This document shows positions 11,041-19,876 of a DNA stretch of 64,000 nt, piece after piece. The translations under genes were made by a program, and so were the position numbers. The notes under the pieces are model-generated. The model saw nothing but the letters and a program-made list of their open reading frames with translations. It was not told where the DNA came from and searched no databases. Within the stretch, counting starts at the first letter, position 1. Each line of letters opens with the position of its first letter. The stretch lies in NCBI GenBank assembly GCA_044892505.1, contig CM097882.1, forward strand, positions 465,310,001-465,374,000, written 5' to 3'. This stretch comes from Schmidtea nova. Taxonomy: Eukaryota.

Positions 11041-13741
11041 TCCCTTCTACTGTAACTATATGCCCTAGAAATAACGCCGAAGGTTCTGCCCATTTACACT
11101 TAGTTGGTTTAATTTTAATTTTTGCTTTTCTTAGTCTCTCGAGTACATTTGTTATATCTTTTAAGTGTTCCTCAAATGTTTTTGATGATATTAGTATATC
11201 ATCCATGTAAACTGCGCAATGTTGTACATTTACTAATATTGTATTCATTAGGCGCTGAAATGTAGCTGGTGCGTTAGTTAACCCGAAAGGTAATCGTGTG
11301 TACTCATATAAACCATCCTCGATAACAAATGCTGTTTTTTCCGCATCCCCTTCTTCCATTTGAATTTGCATATATCCCTTATTTGCGTCAATAACTGAAA
11401 AATACTTAGCATCCCTAAGTTTATCGTATTGCTCTTGTGCTTTTGGGAATGGGTATGAGTCTTTTACTGTTACATCATTTAATTTACGATAGTCAATGCA
11501 CATTCTTATTTCTCCGTCTTTCTTTTTAACGGGTACAATGGCTGATGCCCACTGTGAAAAACTCTGTTTTATTACACCTGCATCGTTTAGTTCTTTGATT
11601 TGTCGTTTTATTTCTTCTCTTAACTTGTATGGTACGCTGTATGGTCTTTGTTTTATTGGTCTCGCATTACCTGTATCTATTACATGTTTGATTATATCGG
11701 TATCTCCTAGATCAAATTCGTGTTTTGCAAAAACATCACTATATTTATCTATCAATGTTTGTAGTTGTGCTTGTTGTGTTATTGTTAAGTATTCATTATT
11801 AATTTTTACTTTGTCATATGATTTTATATTATTTATCTTACTAGGTTCGACTACTCCCTTGCCGTTATTATTCATCACGCTTATCTCACTGACTTCGTAT
11901 GTTTTTTCTAATTCACCTTTGAATAATTTTCCCAATTTCGTACCTTTGTGTATTTTATTATTACTTTTTTCATAATTTGCTATTCTCAATGGTATTATTC
12001 CCTTTCTCGGAATTACGCATTCATTGGTTAGCATTATATTCTGATTTTGTATAATTGCCGTTTCTGGCTCAAAAATAAAAGTGTCCTCACTTTTGATGTT
12101 AACTTTTAAGGGAATTATATGATCGCATTCATATTCCAATTCAAATGCTTCTAATGCAACAACTTCTGTGAACTTGGATTTATGTTTAATTGCTTTTCTC
12201 TTTATCATATTATCTGTTAAATCTATAATGCAATTTTCTAACTTGTTGAGTATATCGATTCCCAATATACATATGCTATTACATTCTTGCACCACTTTAA
12301 ATATGTGGTTTATTACCTGTTCTGGTGTTTCGACTATTAGTTCTATGTCTCCCTTTAGTGGAATACGATGTGCTGATAACGATACTACTTTATCCGTTGT
12401 GCTCATAATATTTCTTTTTTGATCATCTGTCAGTTGATCTTCTCTAATTAAGGATGTTGCTGCTCCTGTGTCTACTAATGCATTTATGATTATATTGTTT
12501 ATAATTATTCTAAGTCTTGGTCTTGCTTCGTTTGCTGCATCTAATCGTTCCATTGTTTCGACTTCTAAGCTATAACAACCATATATCTTTTTAGGTTCAC
12601 AATGACAATTCTTGTTTTCTCTAGGAATTTTGATTTCTATATTTTCTTGTAGCTCTTTTAGTTGTTCTCTTTGGTTTTCATATAGTCCTTGTTGTGGTAC
12701 ATTTCCTTCATGTGATATATGCGCTTTAATTATTTCCTCATCGTTTTCATCATCTACCAGTAATTGCCTTTCTTCACTCCTTTGGACTTTTATTAAACGT
12801 ATTTCCTTGTCGTGTTTCGCCGTAATAAGATATTTAGCTATAAATGGGCACAAACATGCTAATAATTTATATGAATTTCCAAATACTTGTTTTAGCTGTC
12901 TTAGTGATACTAGAGAAGAACATATCATTTTTAGTAATGCAACCGTATAATATATACCTAAGATCGTAGAAAACATGTTTCCAATGACTGCAAAGTATCC
13001 CCATATGCTATATAGTACTTTATATGCTACTTTTTTGAAGTATTCTTTTGATAATAACACATCAAAGTTGTAATTTCCTCCGTAACTTCCTTCGATAACT
13101 CTGTTAACCATTATTGAAAGTACTCTTTCTTTTTCGTTTGGAAATAGCACGTGTTTTCTTGCACTTTCTATAGCTTCTCTCGTATATATGCCATTACTGT
13201 CCATATCGTTGATTTCTTTAAACTCTAATCTTTTTTCTAGCTCTATGAGTTCTAATTTGAGTGGTTTCATTGCCTCCTTTCTATCTGACATAGATATCCA
13301 CATTTCGTCATTTATTTTGTATAATGGGTCTAATAGGTTAGTGCATTTTTCTATTTTTCTCGGTATATATGTTTTTTCTGTTAATATTCTAGTAATTAGT
13401 TGAAGGTATACCCTTTCTCCTTTATATATTACCGGTAATTCATTAGTGCACTGATTATTTGTTGCTAACGATACACTAACAGGTTTACATTGAAATGTCT
13501 GTATCACTTCTCCTACTATCCTTGCAAATGTTCCTTCTTCTGAGAAGATTATTGGTGCCATTAAATCTGGGTTTGTTACCGCCACTGCCATTTTTGTCCT
13601 CAATATTTCTCTGTTGAGTTTGCAATCGCTCATAATTGTTGATTGATATACTTTATCTAATTGTACTAGTTGGTTATGATAGAAAAAATCGATTTTATTG
13701 TTGAAGTATGATGCAAGTTTGACGTCGAATTTATTTACTTT
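11018..13741 (-). CDS. pol: Polyprotein segment: glycoprotein C-half with TM, aspartic protease, reverse transcriptase
   Basis: GEVIQTFQCKPV..CTNELPVIY..TRIL..NGIYT..FPNE..IWGYFAVIG (glycoprotein), ALVDTGAA and CILGIDIL (protease), RMCIDYRKLN, LPFGLTNAPATFQR, YMDDILI (RT). A 1-nt loss in an A-run near 11036-11040 shifts the frame. Confidence 0.93.
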   Translation of the reverse strand, partial: KVNKFDVKLASYFNNKIDFFYHNQLVQLDKVYQSTIMSDCKLNREILRTKMAVAVTNPDLMAPIIFSEEGTFARIVGEVIQTFQCKPVSVSLATNNQCTNELPVIYKGERVYLQLITRILTEKTYIPRKIEKCTNLLDPLYKINDEMWISMSDRKEAMKPLKLELIELEKRLEFKEINDMDSNGIYTREAIESARKHVLFPNEKERVLSIMVNRVIEGSYGGNYNFDVLLSKEYFKKVAYKVLYSIWGYFAVIGNMFSTILGIYYTVALLKMICSSLVSLRQLKQVFGNSYKLLACLCPFIAKYLITAKHDKEIRLIKVQRSEERQLLVDDENDEEIIKAHISHEGNVPQQGLYENQREQLKELQENIEIKIPRENKNCHCEPKKIYGCYSLEVETMERLDAANEARPRLRIIINNIIINALVDTGAATSLIREDQLTDDQKRNIMSTTDKVVSLSAHRIPLKGDIELIVETPEQVINHIFKVVQECNSICILGIDILNKLENCIIDLTDNMIKRKAIKHKSKFTEVVALEAFELEYECDHIIPLKVNIKSEDTFIFEPETAIIQNQNIMLTNECVIPRKGIIPLRIANYEKSNNKIHKGTKLGKLFKGELEKTYEVSEISVMNNNGKGVVEPSKINNIKSYDKVKINNEYLTITQQAQLQTLIDKYSDVFAKHEFDLGDTDIIKHVIDTGNARPIKQRPYSVPYKLREEIKRQIKELNDAGVIKQSFSQWASAIVPVKKKDGEIRMCIDYRKLNDVTVKDSYPFPKAQEQYDKLRDAKYFSVIDANKGYMQIQMEEGDAEKTAFVIEDGLYEYTRLPFGLTNAPATFQRLMNTILVNVQHCAVYMDDILISSKTFEEHLKDITNVLERLRKAKIKIKPTKCKWAEPSALFLGHIVTVEGIKQIQKK

Positions 13742-15367
13742 TTATTTTGCATCTTTGACTTCTTCTTTGCTTATGTATATCCCTTCATAATTAGTTTGTA
13801 TTATTTCCTTACCACATTTTACACTTTTCCTTTTACTAACAAACCTCATTGCTTCGTTTTCAGATTCTGACATATATATTGTTGGTGTATCTTTTTCTTG
13901 TACAATTGTTGTTTTCCTTTCTTGATCTCTCACCCTTTTTGAGTCTACTTCTGTGAACTGTTTTCCTTTGATTTCCCTAAATTTTAATGATTTTAATTTT
14001 GTTAATTGGCAATCATATTTATCTATTTTGTATATTAGCATTGATTCTCCTGTATCGCAATAAGATTCTTCTAATGTACAAAATTTGTATATCATCATTT
14101 TCTTTGAGCTGCTGTCGAATGATGCTTTGAACTTTCTCAGTTCTACCATGTAGTGTCTCCTTACTACAATATTACTCAGTTTTTCGCCCCATATTGTATA
14201 TTCTCCTCCTTCACAATATCCTCCTTTTGATGTCCATCCCACGACATTTACATCTTGTCTCATTTTTGCCCCTATCCTTGCTTCTAATTCTATTCCTTTA
14301 TGACCGCTATATTTTACTTTCTTTGTTTTAAATGCATCTTCACACTCTATTGGTGACAATATTACTGCTTCGGGTGTCCACGTAGGTTTTAACACTGTTC
14401 TTGCCCCAACATGACATATATATGCTTCCTCCTGATACTTTACTATGCACTCTTTGGCCTCTGTATGAATAAAGTCTGATTCTTGATAAACATGGAATAT
14501 TTGAGGCTCTGACATGATTAATTTAGTTGGATTTGCTTCAGGGCAATTTTCAACATCTAACAGTGAGTATTTTTGTCCCCACTTTGGATTTTGACAATCA
14601 TATGCTACCATTGCATTGCCTCCCTTGATTAAATCTAATAACAAAGTGATAATGACTATTACTATGGAGGTTATCGATTTACTCTCTGTCTTTGGTTTTA
14701 CTGTTGCTTTCTTTATTAATTGTTTTATTACCTCATCTGTATCACTCTCTTTATTCGTCGTATCTTTATCATATAATAGTTTCCATCCTCCTTTCTTTTT
14801 TATCCATGGTATTGCCTCTACTTTCAATCTTTTAAACATCATTGTTGCTACTTTTTCTAATTGCTCTTTTGGATTTTCCTTTATGAGCTTTTTATATCTT
14901 GCGGCCAAGTATGCCATGGCCGTTATTATTTTATCTTTATCTATCCCTGTATTAAACATGATTTTTAACACTGTTTTTTCATTTGCTTCCTCTGTAGCTA
15001 GTTCTTTAGTATCCTTTTTAATTAACATCATCCTTTCAGTTATATTTTCAATAAGTACTGTTGGCTTTGTTTCTGGAAATAGCTTAATATTCATTGCTTT
15101 TATTACTTCTTTTATTTTGTTTACGTCATTATTATCGTCTTGATACTCTGGTTGTTCATGTTTATGTTGATTTGCAATCTCTCTTAATCGTTCTGCTGTC
15201 TTCCTATTCTCCGATTTTTCTATTATTTCTGATTTTCGAGGTCTTCCTCTACCTCGTTTTGATGTTTCTGCATCTTTTGTTCTTGCTTCCTCAGCTATTC
15301 TTTCTATTGTTTCTTGTAAGTTACTATACTTTTCATCTATAGGTTTAAATATAATTTCTTCATCCAT
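13742..15367 (-). CDS. Polyprotein N-part: AT-hook, Bcl-2-like domain, signal anchor, glycoprotein N-half (premature TAA at 13742-13744; same frame continues)
   Basis: KRGRGRPRK; AERLREIANQ; MFNTGIDKDKIITAM; PWIKKKGGWKLL; SIVIVIITLLLDLI; AYDC..YSLLDVENC..YCEGG..YCDTGESMLIY. The 108 nt between the TAA and the next ORF are open and in frame. Confidence 0.85.
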   Translation of the reverse strand: MDEEIIFKPIDEKYSNLQETIERIAEEARTKDAETSKRGRGRPRKSEIIEKSENRKTAERLREIANQHKHEQPEYQDDNNDVNKIKEVIKAMNIKLFPETKPTVLIENITERMMLIKKDTKELATEEANEKTVLKIMFNTGIDKDKIITAMAYLAARYKKLIKENPKEQLEKVATMMFKRLKVEAIPWIKKKGGWKLLYDKDTTNKESDTDEVIKQLIKKATVKPKTESKSITSIVIVIITLLLDLIKGGNAMVAYDCQNPKWGQKYSLLDVENCPEANPTKLIMSEPQIFHVYQESDFIHTEAKECIVKYQEEAYICHVGARTVLKPTWTPEAVILSPIECEDAFKTKKVKYSGHKGIELEARIGAKMRQDVNVVGWTSKGGYCEGGEYTIWGEKLSNIVVRRHYMVELRKFKASFDSSSKKMMIYKFCTLEESYCDTGESMLIYKIDKYDCQLTKLKSLKFREIKGKQFTEVDSKRVRDQERKTTIVQEKDTPTIYMSESENEAMRFVSKRKSVKCGKEIIQTNYEGIYISKEEVKDAK

Positions 15368-17340
15368 TACTGATTTCTTTGTTTCGCTAGGTGATTTATA
15401 CTCAACTCAACCGACGGTACTGGCGTCATTATTTCATTGATCATTTGTTTTTCTACTGTGGCTACCACAATATTATCACTTACTGGGTTTATCCCATAAT
15501 CGATTAAGTACTCGTCACTTAATAATTCTATTCCGTTAAAATATAATTTTATTACATCCTTCTCTCCTATGGTTCCTGGCCATTTGGCTCTTACCATTCG
15601 TTTTAATTTGCTCACTTTAGTGCAAGGATGCATCTTTTGTTTAATACTAAAAAAATAATTATCATTTGATTCAATCGTTACATTTAGTGTTTCATGAAAT
15701 TTTTCATTTTTTCTTATATATTCTCCATAACATTTCAGTATCTCTTTTATTTCTATTTCTAATTCAAATACTCTCGTTACATTTTGTCTCTTTACCATCA
15801 TTGGTATTAAATTTCTAAGTCTCTCTAAATCAATCCCATTAACCTGTATTTTATTGATTACTCTTAATGTTTCATTGTCATCAAACGGTTGCTTATGCAA
15901 TACCTCTTTAAATTCCTCTATTAATTCTTTTTGTCTATTTTCTTCTGTAAGAAATATTTCATCTGCTTTTCTAATTTCCTTTAACTCATCATTATCAATA
16001 TCTACTTCATTTGTAAAGGTGCTAAATTCATTTATAGACATTTCAAGTTTTCTCTCAATAAGTCTTCCATATTGAGTTTTAAATTCTTTTAGTTCCTCTC
16101 TTAATATATTTATTTCTTTATTTGCTGATTCGAGCTCAGCACTATTTACTTGTTTTATCTCAGGCTCATTTTTAAATCTTACTCTTATTGGTGAATCTGC
16201 TCGTGGTTTATTACATACCTTTGCTAGGTGGCCATACTTTTGGCAATTATAACATTTTATTTGTCCATTAAAATTCACTTTATCTCTACCATCATTATTA
16301 TAAGTATTTCGCCTCACTGGGCTATCTTGTCTATTTCTCGAATTATCTCTATATCTATTATCTCTTCTATTATATTCGAAGCGACTATCTCTATTATTTT
16401 TATTATATCCACTGTAACTGTTTCTGTTATAACCAGAACGACTATCTCTAAAATTATCTCTGTTGTCTCTATCATTATCTCTATCAAAACGATTGTCTCT
16501 AAAACTGTCTCTATTATTGTTTCTTTGATAACTATCTTTAAAATTATTTCTATTTCTATTATCGAAATTTTTATTTCCTGGACTATTAAACCTTCCCCTG
16601 TTTTCAGGTGATTGGCTTCTATTAGGACTAAATTTTCTTCTATTATTAACAAATTTCAAGTATAATTGTTTCATTTCTTCCCAGGGAATACTATCATCCT
16701 TATTTCTCAACTCAGGTTTTACCTCGGGTTGTTTTTCAACTTCTACAGCATCTACCTCTGGTTTAAATCTATCTCTTTGTATTGCTTCGATACGTTTTGC
16801 CTTTTGAACTAACTCATTTAAGTCTTCATACTCAATTGTAATTAATGCTTTGTATAAATATTTTTGGATTCCGTTCCAAAACTGATCCTCGATTAACCTA
16901 CTAGTGTGATCTCCTGCACCAAATGCCTTTTTTGCTAATTCTGTTATCGTGTATATATATTCACCTACTGATTCTCTTGCTCCTTGGTATCTACTTCTAA
17001 ATTTTTGAACATTTATTTTTTGTAAGTCTCTATCTATTACTATTTCTTTTCTAAGGTTTGTAACTAACTCTTGATAATTAATGCCTTTACATGCTAAATT
17101 ATTGTATGCTTGTAATGCGTATCCTTTTAAATATAATGGAATTCGTTGTTTTAATTCATTTGTTTTCCATCCGCAAGCCTCTGCATATTGTGCGATTTCG
17201 GCAAAAAAGTCGTCGAACTTTTCAGGGTCTCCTTTATATGATTCTATTGGTAGTGTTTTTATAAAATTATGATTACTGTTGATGTTGTCTGTATTGCTGT
17301 TACTTCCACTATTATTGCTGCCTGTACTATTATTACTCAT
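15367..17340 (-). CDS. gag: Gag (capsid, RS/RD-rich linker, CCHC knuckle, coiled coil, C-terminal ubiquitin-like domain)
   Basis: YKGDP..FF..YAEACGW..LYLKGYALQAY, Q..RESVGEY..L..KAF, CYNCQKYGHLAKVC, then LYFNGIELLSDEYLIDYGI. Confidence 0.92.
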   Translation of the reverse strand: MSNNSTGSNNSGSNSNTDNINSNHNFIKTLPIESYKGDPEKFDDFFAEIAQYAEACGWKTNELKQRIPLYLKGYALQAYNNLACKGINYQELVTNLRKEIVIDRDLQKINVQKFRSRYQGARESVGEYIYTITELAKKAFGAGDHTSRLIEDQFWNGIQKYLYKALITIEYEDLNELVQKAKRIEAIQRDRFKPEVDAVEVEKQPEVKPELRNKDDSIPWEEMKQLYLKFVNNRRKFSPNRSQSPENRGRFNSPGNKNFDNRNRNNFKDSYQRNNNRDSFRDNRFDRDNDRDNRDNFRDSRSGYNRNSYSGYNKNNRDSRFEYNRRDNRYRDNSRNRQDSPVRRNTYNNDGRDKVNFNGQIKCYNCQKYGHLAKVCNKPRADSPIRVRFKNEPEIKQVNSAELESANKEINILREELKEFKTQYGRLIERKLEMSINEFSTFTNEVDIDNDELKEIRKADEIFLTEENRQKELIEEFKEVLHKQPFDDNETLRVINKIQVNGIDLERLRNLIPMMVKRQNVTRVFELEIEIKEILKCYGEYIRKNEKFHETLNVTIESNDNYFFSIKQKMHPCTKVSKLKRMVRAKWPGTIGEKDVIKLYFNGIELLSDEYLIDYGINPVSDNIVVATVEKQMINEIMTPVPSVELSINHLAKQRNQ

Positions 17341-17559
17341 TTTGTATATTACCTTATTTCTTAACTTGTGTAATATTTCAGGTTGCTTATCTATAATAAC
17401 TTTCTTTATCTTTTTACCTATTTTGTTATTGTTAACCTTATATGTTTGTATATTTTTGAATTTCTGTTTTGGTCAATAATATTTATATAAATATATTTTC
17501 CCAATATATATTACAATATCCCTCTGATCGCAATTCCTATCCCCCAATTGATTTTATTG

Positions 17560-17577
17560 TCCCGGTTCGCGGCACCA
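17560..17577 (-). promoter_or_regulatory. Primer binding site TGGTGCCGCGAACCGGGA, probably tRNA-Phe
   Basis: Lies 2 nt inside the 5' LTR and starts TGG; the complement ends CGGCACCA as in metazoan tRNA-Phe(GAA) 3' ends. Confidence 0.8.
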
Positions 17578-17579
17578 AA

Positions 17580-18700
17580 TGTTGAGGTTCCAAATATTTG
17601 CTATTTGCAATCTCAACTTGTTATTGGGGTGATTCGTATATAAATATCAAAAACAAAGTTTGTTTCAAAATTTTATTAATACAATAAAATTACTTTTTAT
17701 TCCGTTTACAATTAATCACTCAAATTCTTTATTACACAATTTTTTTAAAAGAAAAAGTCGTGTCAAATCAATTCTTGTAATTGAACCTATTGGGTGACTG
17801 CTATGTAGTGCGTGCTATATTTTATTTGTGGATCCAATGTTTCTGATCCGAGTTTTAATAAGTTTTTCAAGATTTCCTTGAAAACTCGATATTGCGCAGA
17901 TTTTAATTCTTTAGTTTAAAATTCGATTTTTAAAGCTATGAAATTTTTGGGCCTTTTTTCTGATTTTTCCATCAGCTTATATAGTAAATTTTTTATCTTT
18001 TTAACCATCATATAATTATATTTATTAAAATATTTATATTTCAATCGGTCTTTTTAACCGGATTTTGTTTATTTTATCTGGCTCAATATCTAGAATAATA
18101 TCTAGAATTTACATCTAGTCGTTTTACAATTTGCCGTTATCTAAAATTATTATTTTTTTATTAAATATATATCTAAAATTTATTATCTACACTTTGCCCT
18201 TTTTAATATATTATTATCTAAAATTATTATTTTTTTATTAAATAAAATTTTATTATCTACAATTTGCCCTTTTTAATATATTATTACTTCACATTTCATG
18301 CACTGTCATATTTTTTATTTATACAGATATATTACCTTATAGATTTTTACACAAATATATATATATAAAATTCAAATGATAATATACGGAATAATTATGA
18401 AATTCAAGTACAGAATAATTATATACACTTCAAATACAGAATAATGACACTCATATACACAATTTAAAAGTATATTAAATAATAAAGTTGTGATCACATA
18501 AACATAGTCATATAGTGATTATTTGAGGCTTTGTTGGCTTTGATTGAAGAAGGGTGATTATTTGAGGCGATTGAAGATGGAGTCTGCATTATTTTCGGAC
18601 TGGGTTTCTGCATATATATTAACCCTGTATCGATTAGGCCCTGTCCTGTAATATTTGTTCAGGGTAAATGCTTGGATGGGCTTCCCTCGATCATCCAACA
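17580..18700 (-). repeat. 5' LTR (1121 bp)
   Basis: Near-identical to 5532-6703; a TATATAA and several AATAAA are present on the minus strand. Confidence 0.97.
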
Positions 18701-19000
18701 CGGACAACAATCATAACAACAACGAATTTGTAATAAATCAACATCAAATTACAACAAAGTAACAGTACTATATGCACAATTTGAAATTTAAAATTTGTCT
18801 CTGATCAATTTGACTCTGTGGGGACAGTTGGTTGGGAGATCAGATGGAGTCGGCCCAAACACAAAACGGCCCATCAGAAATTCTGCTGTTGGAATGGTTC
18901 CGATGTGTAATGTAATTTTTTATAGTGAGCGTATGATATTTGGGTTCTTTTCGGTTAACTGATCGCATTTTTAAAAATATATTTTATTGATCAAAATCAT

Positions 19001-19876
19001 TTAAATTTCAATATCCGGTGGACAAAAATCAGCAATAAAGCGAAGAATCTGGTCAAACGGTTCATCTTCGCCCCTGTTTCGTCGCCACATGAATTCCTCC
19101 ATATATGATTCCAGAAAAATACGCTTGGTGCCGCTCTGCCTTTTGTTTCGCCACTTCACAGTACGCCACATCCTTTCAGCATTTTGTGTGTGAGCACCGG
19201 TGTCCGGATCGACGAAATTGTAGCGGTGATTGACGCGCTGATGAGTAAAGCCAGTATCCTGCAGTCCGTTGTAAGCACGCCATGAATCGGTTATGATCGT
19301 AGAATTTTGGTGAACATGTTCGGCGATGATCGGCAAGAGAGTGGCGACACTTCGATCAATAACTCGGACAAGGAACACCTGTTTGGTTTCACGACAAATC
19401 CCTCCGAGCATCCATTGCTGTGGCAAAACACGACCCGCATGATTCTTCCGCTTGCTGAACAGGCTTTCATCGATTTCCACGACCATTCCTTCGCCTCCGA
19501 TTATCTGATGCTCTTGTTGAAGGCACCAAGAGCACACTTCGCGCATGAATTTGCAGTATTTGACCGTCGTCTCTCCGTCCATTTCCAGTTGACGTTCGCA
19601 GAATTTGATAGATGCCCATTCCTCAGCCCAGGCGTAGATGAATCGGATGATTGTTTCATAAGGTAGTCGGAGGCCTTCGGTCCAGTTTCCAACTCTCATT
19701 CTCACAGTTCGGTGACACGAGGCTCGATTGCACTTCCAATGGACTTGTTTTCCAAAATATAGCTTCATTTGATGTCCTTTGGCACGCACACGCATGGCCG
19801 GCAGAATCCCACGCTCTTGCAGAAATAGGACACTCTCTTCCTCTCCGTTGGGCAATTCGTGATATTTGAGAACCAT
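19001..19876 (-). CDS. Merlin (IS1595/ISXO2-like) DDE transposase, intact ORF
   Basis: VVEIDESLFSKRK, WMLGGICRET, STIITDSWRAY, HQRVNHRYNFVDPDTGAHTQNAERMW, SYMEEFMWR. A 15-bp inverted repeat lies at 18958-18972 / 20068-20082; true termini not established. Confidence 0.93.
   Translation of the reverse strand: MVLKYHELPNGEEESVLFLQERGILPAMRVRAKGHQMKLYFGKQVHWKCNRASCHRTVRMRVGNWTEGLRLPYETIIRFIYAWAEEWASIKFCERQLEMDGETTVKYCKFMREVCSWCLQQEHQIIGGEGMVVEIDESLFSKRKNHAGRVLPQQWMLGGICRETKQVFLVRVIDRSVATLLPIIAEHVHQNSTIITDSWRAYNGLQDTGFTHQRVNHRYNFVDPDTGAHTQNAERMWRTVKWRNKRQSGTKRIFLESYMEEFMWRRNRGEDEPFDQILRFIADFCPPDIEI

Larger units (their letters stand above)
5532..18700 (-). mobile_element. Complex Ty3/Gypsy LTR retrotransposon (retrovirus-like), defective copy
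   Basis: Two LTRs with TGTTG...CAACA termini, 4-bp TSD CGGA (5528-5531 and 18701-18704), PBS, PPT, gag with CCHC knuckle, PR-RT-RH-IN order and a GPY motif. Confidence 0.97.

Noticed and set aside
11030-11045. Programmed frameshift at the end of RT
   Set aside because: One A is missing from a homopolymer (GIKTNPEK expected); this is not a known recoding position and is typical of mutation or sequencing error.
13742-13744. TAA inside the glycoprotein as programmed readthrough
   Set aside because: It lies mid-ectodomain with open frame on both sides; a point nonsense mutation or base error is simpler. It would only be revived if conserved across copies.
6658-17479. Many plus-strand ORFs over the Gypsy element
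   Set aside because: Antisense shadows of A-rich coding sequence, giving F/L/S/I-rich translations without motifs.
17560-17577. tRNA gene
   Set aside because: Only the 18-nt 3'-end complement including CCA is present; it is a PBS.
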